DNA from: a virus
Taxonomy: Duplodnaviria; Caudoviricetes
Virus record (IMG/VR): IMGVR_UViG_3300022602_000025
DNA length: 64,000 nucleotides
Strand: one strand, 5' to 3'
Of this stretch, positions 37,126-43,734 are shown one piece after another. Under the pieces are notes generated by a model. It ran no database searches. It saw nothing but the letters and a program-made list of their open reading frames with translations, and was not told where the DNA came from. The translations under genes and the position numbers were made by a program. Position 1 is the stretch's first letter, and each line of letters begins with the position of its first letter.

Positions 37126-37460
37126 CCAATAGTTGCCAGCTGTTGCGTTTCTGCCACATGCTTACAAGTGCCTCGGAACTTGAATCCCGGGCATGTGCAG
37201 GTCTGAGCTGCTGTATCCACCTCGTAGACTTCGCCCTTAGAACCGGTCACCGTCTTTGTGCTCGCTGCAGCGACTGGGGCGAACTCTTTGACCTTAACAA
37301 ATGTTCTCCTACGCAGATCGAACCTCAATGGCTTGGCAAAGACCTTGTGTTCGTTAGATCCAGCCATCACATAGGCATGACAGTTGTCACCTTCCATCAA
37401 GTAGAGATGGTTGGGTGTGGCTTCATCCCACACCGTAGTTTCACGCATCCACTTCATCAC
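37122..37460 (-). CDS. SWIM zinc-finger protein
   Basis: GSKGEVYEV...TCTCPGFKFRGTCKHV (CxC-x8-CxH). Confidence 0.8.
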   Translation of the reverse strand: MMKWMRETTVWDEATPNHLYLMEGDNCHAYVMAGSNEHKVFAKPLRFDLRRRTFVKVKEFAPVAAASTKTVTGSKGEVYEVDTAAQTCTCPGFKFRGTCKHVAETQQLATIG

Positions 37461-37720
37461 ATGCTCCAGTAGGCTTCTGAACTAGGCGAACAATAGCGAG
37501 GAGTATCATAGCGTTCCTGATACTCTGCTCCGCCCATCAAGTTGGTGCGGGTCACATAGGTCTCGTAGATCTCAAAGCGGTAACCTTTGCTGGCAGGATA
37601 CTTCTTAGCATAGACCTCTGCGATAGCTGCGCGGTCTGCTGTGGAATGATCTACCTTGCGATCCAATCGTTCTCCCGTCTTCTTGCGGGCATCCTTTTTG
37701 TAAAGTTCTACTGTATACAT
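37457..37720 (-). CDS. Hypothetical protein
   Basis: MYTVELYKKD...YCSPSSEAYWSM; start after AGGAG. Confidence 0.72.
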   Translation of the reverse strand: MYTVELYKKDARKKTGERLDRKVDHSTADRAAIAEVYAKKYPASKGYRFEIYETYVTRTNLMGGAEYQERYDTPRYCSPSSEAYWSM

Positions 37721-37746
37721 CTTGCTCTCCTTAGTGTCTAGTGTAT

Positions 37747-37775
37747 AGTATAACACAGGTTTTACCAAAGGTCAA
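37747..37775 (-). promoter_or_regulatory. Early sigma70 promoter P13 with GGTAAAACC box
   Basis: TTGACC-17-TATACT. Confidence 0.85.
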
Positions 37776-37777
37776 CC

Positions 37778-37811
37778 AAAAAAACGGGGTGTTGCATATA
37801 AACAACACCCC
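37778..37811 (-). terminator. Rho-independent terminator containing the 18-bp palindrome
   Basis: GGGGTGTTG-TTTATATG-CAACACCCC-GTTTTTT on minus strand. Confidence 0.8.
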
Positions 37812-37915
37812 ACAAAGGCCAACGTTGCGTTGACCGGAGCAATTAATCAAACCAACCCTCCCTGGGATGCTACAAGGTAGCTTATCATCGTTTGACCCAG
37901 GGTGGGCGGTATCCT

Positions 37916-38236
37916 TTAGTCCAGTCTACTACCAGCATAGGCCTTCAAGCCCAACTTGGTTAGGTACTCTGCGTAGGCATAGGCGCCTGCTTCTTTGACT
38001 GAAATGCTCTGTGTAGGGATGCCTGCTGGGTCCCACATGCTAAGGCATTTGGGTTTGTAGTCCTTGCGGAAGCCTGCGGCCAATAACTCCTTAGCCTGCT
38101 TTGAATTGGTGCGATCCACATAGACCTCAACCCAACCAAAACCACATGCATCACGCTCGCCGACTTTCGCGTACATTGCCTGGCCAGCTTGCTCGGCAAA
38201 AACCTTACCTGCTTTGATGAATTCTGCTGTAACCAT
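37916..38236 (-). CDS. Hypothetical phage protein (DACGFGWV family)
   Basis: MVTAEFIKAG...; AAGGAG SD. Confidence 0.75.
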   Translation of the reverse strand: MVTAEFIKAGKVFAEQAGQAMYAKVGERDACGFGWVEVYVDRTNSKQAKELLAAGFRKDYKPKCLSMWDPAGIPTQSISVKEAGAYAYAEYLTKLGLKAYAGSRLD

Positions 38237-38264
38237 TTTCAACTCCTTTAGTGTATAAGTGTAT

Positions 38265-38293
38265 AGTATAGCACAGGTTTTACCGCTTGTCAA
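38265..38293 (-). promoter_or_regulatory. Early sigma70 promoter P14 with GGTAAAACC box
   Basis: TTGACA-17-TATACT. Confidence 0.88.
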
Positions 38294-38972
38294 CCACTGA
38301 ATGAATACGGATTACGAATCCAGTGGTGTCCTTCTTAGCACGGCCCTTGGCCTTCAAGCCAATGATGCCCACTTTGGGATCTAAGAAGCGTAGGTCCGTC
38401 TCGTCCGCTGAGAACACTCCCTCTGGGATCTCATCGTAGACCACTGCCACGTTCATGCCCTGAGCAACAGCCTTAGGCACGTCTGCTGCGTTACCATCAG
38501 CGCGGCTGAACGTGAGATGATAGTTCTTTAAGTGGGCGACCTTGCGTCCTAGTACTTTAGTATAGTCATAGAACTGTACTTCAGGAAACTTTTGGATGAT
38601 ACCGTACTTTTCCCACGCAAGATCACTCGTACCATTCAGACGAAACACTGGCTTCAATCCCTGCTTTTCAGCGAACTTGATGCCCTTGCGGATGTCAGCC
38701 TCTAGATCACGTAAGAACCCCTCGCGATCATTAAAGAAGTATTCAGTCTTACGTATACGAGCCTTTTGGATAGCATTCGTATTCTCACCCTTCTTAAACA
38801 TGCCTCCACGTCCGGCGGTATTGAGGCAAGCGGCAGTGCAGCCAGCTGTACGTTTGGGGCATACTTCTCGACCGCTTAGATCAGCGGGCGCCAAATGCAG
38901 GATGAATGACAAGTAACCTAGCTTAGTACCCTTTTGGATCTTAGGGTTCGCAGTGCTTAATAGTTTGAACAT
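38280..38972 (-). CDS. GP88-family protein (Cys cluster, possible Fe-S)
   Basis: LLS..NPK..K, LHLAPA..SG, CPKRTAGCTAACL..AGRG, FRLNGTSD..W, QFYDYTK, HLTFS, DETDLRFLD. Confidence 0.75.
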   Translation of the reverse strand: MFKLLSTANPKIQKGTKLGYLSFILHLAPADLSGREVCPKRTAGCTAACLNTAGRGGMFKKGENTNAIQKARIRKTEYFFNDREGFLRDLEADIRKGIKFAEKQGLKPVFRLNGTSDLAWEKYGIIQKFPEVQFYDYTKVLGRKVAHLKNYHLTFSRADGNAADVPKAVAQGMNVAVVYDEIPEGVFSADETDLRFLDPKVGIIGLKAKGRAKKDTTGFVIRIHSVVDKR

Positions 38973-38999
38973 CGTTGCTCCTTTTTAGTGTATGTGTAC

Positions 39000-39028
39000 A
39001 TTGTAGCATAGGTTTTACCACTTGTCAA
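39000..39028 (-). promoter_or_regulatory. Early sigma70 promoter P15 with GGTAAAACC box
   Basis: TTGACA-17-TACAAT. Confidence 0.87.
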
Positions 39029-39032
39029 CCCC

Positions 39033-39206
39033 TTATGCTGTACAAATGCCTCTCTCGATAAGATCACGTGCTGTACGGCCGAACCATCCCTGGAGGCTCC
39101 AAGCCATGCCAGTGTCAATCAAGTGCTGCCAAGCAGCTATGATCTGATCTTCTGATTCAGCTTCAACGAAGCCCTCTGCTATGCCTACTGCTGTATATGA
39201 GTCCAT
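39033..39206 (-). CDS. Hypothetical phage protein (57 aa)
   Basis: Hand-translated MDSYTAVGIAEGF...AWQHLIDTGMAWSLQGWFGRTA; AAGGAG SD. Confidence 0.75.
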   Translation of the reverse strand: MDSYTAVGIAEGFVEAESEDQIIAAWQHLIDTGMAWSLQGWFGRTARDLIERGICTA

Positions 39207-39234
39207 TGTCGCTCCTTTCAGTTAACTAGCCATA

Positions 39235-39263
39235 ACTATAGCACAGGTTTTACCAGTTGTCAA
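39235..39263 (-). promoter_or_regulatory. Early sigma70 promoter P16 with GGTAAAACC box
   Basis: TTGACA-17-TATAGT. Confidence 0.85.
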
Positions 39264-39276
39264 CCGAAAACATCCT

Positions 39277-39327
39277 TGCGCAAAATATTGCGCAAAACCC
39301 TGTAAAATGCGCAAAATATTGCGCAAA
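39277..39327. repeat. Two 20-bp direct repeats TGCGCAAAATATTGCGCAAA (four TGCGCA palindromes)
   Basis: Copies at 39277-39296 and 39308-39327. Confidence 0.85.
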
Positions 39328-39336
39328 TAACAGGAT

Positions 39337-39362
39337 AAAAAATGGGCACCCAAAGAGTGCCC
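39337..39362 (-). terminator. Rho-independent terminator
   Basis: GGGCAC-TCTTTGG-GTGCCC-ATTTTTT on minus strand. Confidence 0.75.
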
Positions 39363-39367
39363 TAGGG

Positions 39368-39571
39368 TTATCTCAAACGGACCCAGCCGCAGAAGTTCTC
39401 GTAGTCGTATACAACATTGTCGCTATAGACTATGAGCCCGCCTATGTCCTCGCCGTCTGCTACATGAAACTCCCGTTCAAAACGCTCTGTAAGCGTCTCA
39501 ATTGGGTCCTCAATGCCCTCGTAAGCATAGCGAACGCTGGGATGTGTATCGTTAATCCAATCTATATTCAT
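39368..39571 (-). CDS. Hypothetical acidic protein
   Basis: 67 aa, GGGAG SD, under P17. Confidence 0.7.
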   Translation of the reverse strand: MNIDWINDTHPSVRYAYEGIEDPIETLTERFEREFHVADGEDIGGLIVYSDNVVYDYENFCGWVRLR

Positions 39572-39627
39572 ATAAGCTCCCTGTAGTGTTTAAAGAACGC
39601 AGTAATAACTTCTTACTGTATGTGTAC

Positions 39628-39656
39628 ATTGTAGCATAGGTTTTACCAGTTGTCAA
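39628..39656 (-). promoter_or_regulatory. Early sigma70 promoter P17 with GGTAAAACC box
   Basis: TTGACA-17-TACAAT. Confidence 0.87.
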
Positions 39657-39705
39657 CCACTTCATGAAAATGACCCTATGCAGCAGTCGGGTATTAAAAA
39701 AGCAG

Positions 39706-39734
39706 TTGACATTTTGGACAAGTGACAGTATACT
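39706..39734 (+). promoter_or_regulatory. Divergent early sigma70 promoter P18
   Basis: TTGACA-17-TATACT-ACACATACACTAAAGGAG. Confidence 0.88.
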
Positions 39735-39759
39735 ACACATACACTAAAGGAGCGACACT

Positions 39760-39957
39760 ATGCTAACAACTAAACAATTTAAACAGCTGCAAGCCCGCAT
39801 CCTAGCAGATGCAAAACAATTAACTAATGTAGCTAACGACAATGACAACGAGCAGCGTATGCTTGCTATTATAATGGACGTGTGCGAGCTAGCGCAAAGT
39901 TTCGATTATAATGTACGGGACATGCTAGAGACAGCCGAAGACATCGGAATGTACTAG
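39760..39957 (+). CDS. Hypothetical helical protein
   Basis: 65 aa, AAGGAG SD under P18. Confidence 0.75.
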   Translation: MLTTKQFKQLQARILADAKQLTNVANDNDNEQRMLAIIMDVCELAQSFDYNVRDMLETAEDIGMY

Positions 39958-40184
39958 CACTGGGGGTGGGTCCCCTGACTCTGCCAGCTCAGGTCAGGGA
40001 CCGCTCGCCACTCCTCTTTTTCTGAGAGTATGGAACCGCTGACGACGGTAGGCAATTCACAGTGATTACGCAATGATATCTCACGATATGGCTAGGACTA
40101 GGTCCCGGGCTTAGGTTGACAGAGCTAGATCCTGACGTCAGTTCTCACCTAGAATCCTCAACTTCGATCACTGTTACGGCTAAC

Positions 40185-40263
40185 TGGTGGGCCTCCCGTG
40201 AGTCGAACACGGCACCCAACGATTATGAGTCGTTTGCTCTAACCAGACATGAGCTAGAGGCCC
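40185..40263 (-). tRNA. tRNA with CAU anticodon, probably tRNA-Ile2 (lysidine type)
   Basis: GGGCCTC TA GCTC ATGTCTGGTTA GAGC A AACGA CTCATAA TCGTT GGGTG CCGTG TTCGACT CACGG GAGGCCC A CCA; full cloverleaf, encoded CCA, C4:G69 and C5:G68. Confidence 0.92.
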
Positions 40264-40282
40264 TATACTATATATTATACAC

Positions 40283-41158
40283 TCATTTCTTCACAGCGTA
40301 CATGAAGTTTTGGGGAATTTGCCCGCCGGCTTGGAAAGGTGCGTGTGAGCTCATGCCCGCTGACTGACCCCTCATTTTAAGCGTTTGCTGTGCAGGATTC
40401 ACCCTTTGTGGATCAGTCGTAGGTAGATCCGCGGGCACCCAAGTCCATTGACTGTGCTGTACGGGCGTTAGATCCCATCCGCTCCTACGTATCCAGTAGA
40501 GATCAGGTCCTTCTATCCCCATTTGATCAATGATGTTAGCGTATACAGAGTCCACACATACTACAGCGGCAGCTGCTTCGATGGCACTGATCCAGTCCCA
40601 GATATTGTCAGTACGTGCTCGGATCTCTATGATCTCTGCAGCGGGGTATTGCTCACTTAGCCACCCTAGATCTATATCGGCCCTGTGTGTGCTGCCCTCT
40701 AGGTGTACTAGCACATATTCTCCCTTGACTCCCAGCGATTCAGTCAGCTGACTCTCACGAGCAGGATCACGTGTGATGCACTCTGACAACCGCCACTTAC
40801 GACCAAAGGGCACTCCCGCGATCGCATACTTGTACTGATCAAACTTTAACAAACTGAAGAACTCTGGATCAGTTAGATCTGGACGGGTGTTTAAGTACTG
40901 ATATAAGTATAGGTTCTCGTTGGGATCACAGCCCGCTTTCATCAACTCCTGCAGCGGGGTCTCTAGGAAGAACTTACCAGCAGCGTCCGTCTCTATAGGA
41001 ATCCAAGAGACCCACGGTGCAGAGTCTTTAAACGACTCATAGAACTCTACACATATGGGCCACACGATCTCATCACCTTGATCCGCATAATACTTCGCGA
41101 TTGGTAATGCTATTACTATATCCCCTAGACCTCTCGACTGTATAATACCTCTCTTCAT
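40283..41158 (-). CDS. Glycosyltransferase-like protein (GT9/heptosyltransferase-like)
   Basis: IIQSRGLGDIVIALP N-terminus; YVLVH, W..AIE.A...V.VDS..AN C-terminal pattern. Confidence 0.6.
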   Translation of the reverse strand: MKRGIIQSRGLGDIVIALPIAKYYADQGDEIVWPICVEFYESFKDSAPWVSWIPIETDAAGKFFLETPLQELMKAGCDPNENLYLYQYLNTRPDLTDPEFFSLLKFDQYKYAIAGVPFGRKWRLSECITRDPARESQLTESLGVKGEYVLVHLEGSTHRADIDLGWLSEQYPAAEIIEIRARTDNIWDWISAIEAAAAVVCVDSVYANIIDQMGIEGPDLYWIRRSGWDLTPVQHSQWTWVPADLPTTDPQRVNPAQQTLKMRGQSAGMSSHAPFQAGGQIPQNFMYAVKK

Positions 41159-41304
41159 TCATATATCCTTGTATAATTGAGCACATTACCTGCGCCATAC
41201 TGTGCTTCACCTAGCTGTTTAGCATGATAGTCTGAATCAGCGAATACTACTGTGTTAGCAGTCTGCAGCTGATTGATACGCACCCACAATTGATATTTGT
41301 ACAT
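41155..41304 (-). CDS. Hypothetical protein (49 aa)
   Basis: Hand-translated MYKYQLWVRINQLQTANTVVFADSDYHAKQLGEAQYGAGNVLNYTRIYE; ATGA overlap with GT gene. Confidence 0.65.
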   Translation of the reverse strand: MYKYQLWVRINQLQTANTVVFADSDYHAKQLGEAQYGAGNVLNYTRIYE

Positions 41305-41814
41305 ACTAGTGAACCTTTCTTAGTTATAGTGCAGCGGGGTCTTGTATATAGTATACTGATCCTACTGTGTATACGCAATATTATACTGGAATTACCGTAG
41401 AAAGTCAACGGAAATGTTGTGGAGATCGGTGAACCACTGTAGGAAATCTGGTCCAGAATGAGTCAAATCTGGCTCAGAATAGGCTCAAATTGGCGCCGTT
41501 TTGGTTCAGAATCTGGTAAAAATACTAGGAATTTAAGGTAAAAAAATTTTTGGAGAGTGTGGTCGTGACAGACTATGCTAAATGGTTCCAACCATTTTTC
41601 CCATTCTTTCCCCCGGGCGCCGCCAGCCCTGACTCACCCTATCAACTATCTTCTATTAGTGAGAGAGTATCGTAGATACGATCCTTTGCAGCGGGGTCTT
41701 GCACACTAGACTATCGAGACTGTATAATAGTCACACACATATACATATACATCAAGTTAGAGTCACTGTGCGTAGCGAAATTAAAGCACGTATACACAGA
41801 GATAATTACTGTAT

Positions 41815-42015
41815 ATGTTATATCACTGTTATCGTAGTTACTTGCCATTACAAGAAGGCGATGCTCTATCACTAGCTGTACAGCGAGCGGGTGGTTGGAT
41901 GCACATACGCAGTCTAGACTGTGTGGATTATCTAGTGCCCGAGACTCGTTCTTCACTAGTATATTTGTATGACTCTAGGGCGGAAAGAATACCTAAATTA
42001 GACTACATACAGTAA
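41815..42015 (+). CDS. Hypothetical protein
   Basis: 66 aa; TAATTA-N6-ATG. Confidence 0.55.
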   Translation: MLYHCYRSYLPLQEGDALSLAVQRAGGWMHIRSLDCVDYLVPETRSSLVYLYDSRAERIPKLDYIQ

Positions 42016-42023
42016 ATATCTGT

Positions 42024-42281
42024 ATGCGTTACTTGGTTGATCATCCTGTACAACCTTACTTTCCACATATAGCACTAGCTCCGTGGCCCATATCATATCG
42101 TGAACAACAAAGCGATTGGATTGAAACTATAGGCGTATTAGAAGAGTGGTTGAAGTCACATGTAGGCAGTCACTATACCGCTTGGATCTACGCTACAACT
42201 AGTGAGCAGGAATCGTGGCAGGCCTGCATAGCTTTCAGTCAAGCCAAATACAAATCCTTATTCTTATTACGTTGGGCTTAA
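42024..42281 (+). CDS. Hypothetical protein
   Basis: 85 aa; TAAATA-N5-ATG. Confidence 0.7.
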   Translation: MRYLVDHPVQPYFPHIALAPWPISYREQQSDWIETIGVLEEWLKSHVGSHYTAWIYATTSEQESWQACIAFSQAKYKSLFLLRWA

Positions 42282-42379
42282 CTTTGTTTGTATATCAAAT
42301 ATACTAGAGCTAGTTCTGCTGCGCCTAGTATCAATAAGCTAATCCACATTACGATTCTCACGCGAGTTTCTGAGTTCAT
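42278..42379 (-). CDS. Small membrane peptide (33 aa)
   Basis: Hand-translated MNSETRVRIVMWISLLILGAAELALVYLIYKQS; TATATA-N5-ATG; shares TTAA stop with + gene. Confidence 0.5.
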   Translation of the reverse strand: MNSETRVRIVMWISLLILGAAELALVYLIYKQS

Positions 42380-42659
42380 ACTAGTATATAGCTCTTTTGC
42401 CTGCTGAGGGCAAAATTTTGCGCTCTGCGCTGCCACTTCGTGGGAAATCTTTGTTGGACTCTCGGCTCTGAGGTTTTACCATTAAATAGGCATATGACTC
42501 GTTCAATCAAGTGTTATGCTTATTATCCCGTGCGGTTGACATCGGGGGCTTGTGTATGTGATTGTGTTTATTGGATCGTGGGACTGGATCAGCATTGGGT
42601 CGCTACTCATCATACACAGCTACTATCAGAACGGGAATATGTTCTGCACCTGCTGACTG

Positions 42660-42923
42660 TTACTGTATAAGTGGACGGTCGGGGTCGTCTGAACCAATAG
42701 CTGGGCGTGGGGGAGTTGGTGCAGGTGCTACTTCAAAGGCTGCGATACGACTCTTATACGCTTCTATGTTCTTAGTCACGCGAGCTAGGGCACGTTCTAT
42801 GTCTGCGATGCGTCTAGGATTGGGTACAACTTCGCCCTGTTGTTCTTTTAAGTAGCGAGTCAACTTCATCTGCTCAAACTCTAGCATCTTGATATGACCA
42901 CGGATTTTGTTTAAGTTATACAT
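42660..42923 (-). CDS. Hypothetical coiled-coil protein with Pro-rich tail
   Basis: 87 aa; TAAATA-N5-ATG. Confidence 0.7.
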   Translation of the reverse strand: MYNLNKIRGHIKMLEFEQMKLTRYLKEQQGEVVPNPRRIADIERALARVTKNIEAYKSRIAAFEVAPAPTPPRPAIGSDDPDRPLIQ

Positions 42924-43012
42924 ATGACTATTTAGGTCGAGTCAGCAGTTAGGTCTGTGGTTCTGGTTCTTAGATAATTAAGTGTACAGATATTTTACAT
43001 TAAAGGAATCCA

Positions 43013-43207
43013 ATGTTAAAACCAACAGCAAACTTCAAGATGCCCAAAGAATACAAACGCTGGGCCGCTACTTACGTAGATAAAGCTGCTCGCCGCAGTT
43101 TCCTAAACGATATGGTACAGGCCGTGCTACAAAGCCAAATCGCTCCACCACGCAAAGAAAAGCGAGCATCTGCACCTAACCCTACAGCTACAACTTCAGA
43201 AGAGTAA
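43013..43207 (+). CDS. Hypothetical basic protein
   Basis: 64 aa; AAGGAA SD. Confidence 0.7.
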   Translation: MLKPTANFKMPKEYKRWAATYVDKAARRSFLNDMVQAVLQSQIAPPRKEKRASAPNPTATTSEE

Positions 43208-43734
43208 TGAGTCTACACTGGGCTGGCACTATCAAACACCGTGATGTCGTATGGGCTGAGCAATTAGCACAGCTAGGTCAGGGCCAGCAGGGCACGATTG
43301 ATCCTGAGCAATCTGAACAGTGGACTGAATGGGGGCATGACCCTAGTACAGTTGAATGGCTAGAGTGGGACTACGCAGCCCTATACCCCCAGACCCTAGC
43401 CCTCATAGCTAAATGGACTAACCTTATACCCAGGTTCGCTACCCTAACTTGTTTGAAACCCGGGGGTATGGTACCCTTCCGCAGTCTACGGATAACCCGA
43501 GCACAAGAATGGACTAGGGTACCCGGACAGCTGATCAAACGCTATACCATATGGGTCAACCCTAAGACGCCTGGGCAAGTATGGATGCTGGATGCACTGG
43601 GTCAGCAGACCCTGAGCCAGATACCCGAGGGTGACTGTTGGCTATGGGAAGATTGGACCAAGCCCTGGGCCCAGATAAATCTAAGCGATCAGGACTTTTG
43701 GCTACTAGACTTTGTGGGTACTACTAGACTATGA
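43207..43734 (+). CDS. Cupin/Asp-beta-hydroxylase-like fold protein (degenerate metal site)
   Basis: L.PGGMVP, RYTIWV...PGQVW, GD.W.W..W..PWAQ.N pattern shared with 53753 and 54325. Confidence 0.45.
   Translation: MSLHWAGTIKHRDVVWAEQLAQLGQGQQGTIDPEQSEQWTEWGHDPSTVEWLEWDYAALYPQTLALIAKWTNLIPRFATLTCLKPGGMVPFRSLRITRAQEWTRVPGQLIKRYTIWVNPKTPGQVWMLDALGQQTLSQIPEGDCWLWEDWTKPWAQINLSDQDFWLLDFVGTTRL

Larger units (their letters stand above)
36839..37127. repeat. 67-bp direct repeat (36839-36905 and 37061-37127, one mismatch) containing promoter, leader, SD and ATG
   Basis: tcattttctgctccttttcgtttagtgtatgtgtatattatagcacaggttttacca(t/c)ttgtcaacc; offset 222 nt. Confidence 0.92.

Noticed and set aside
30894-39656. 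GGTAAAACC or the 18-bp palindrome as a LexA SOS box
   Set aside because: Neither matches LexA boxes I know (CTGT-N8-ACAG, GTTC-N7-GTTC, GAAC-N4-GTTC); left unassigned
30243-39734. Regularly recurring ~30-60-bp repeats suggesting a CRISPR array
   Set aside because: Intervals are 220-1300 bp and contain ORFs; the repeats are sigma70 promoters with leader and SD; no cas genes are seen
30243-39734. True integron (attC cassette array)
   Set aside because: No tyrosine recombinase in the window and no attC R/L box dyads; cassettes carry their own promoters
40185-40263. Initiator or elongator tRNA-Met
   Set aside because: G1:C72 is paired and the three anticodon-stem G:C pairs of fMet are absent; C4:G69/C5:G68 and the anticodon stem favour Ile2. 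Elongator Met is not fully excluded
40116-40367. 83-aa plus-strand ORF
   Set aside because: It is antisense to the tRNA and the GT gene 3' end; the tRNA explains the sequence
41711-41956. 81-aa minus-strand ORF
   Set aside because: It overlaps 41815..42015(+), which has a late-type promoter at the expected distance and is coupled to 42024
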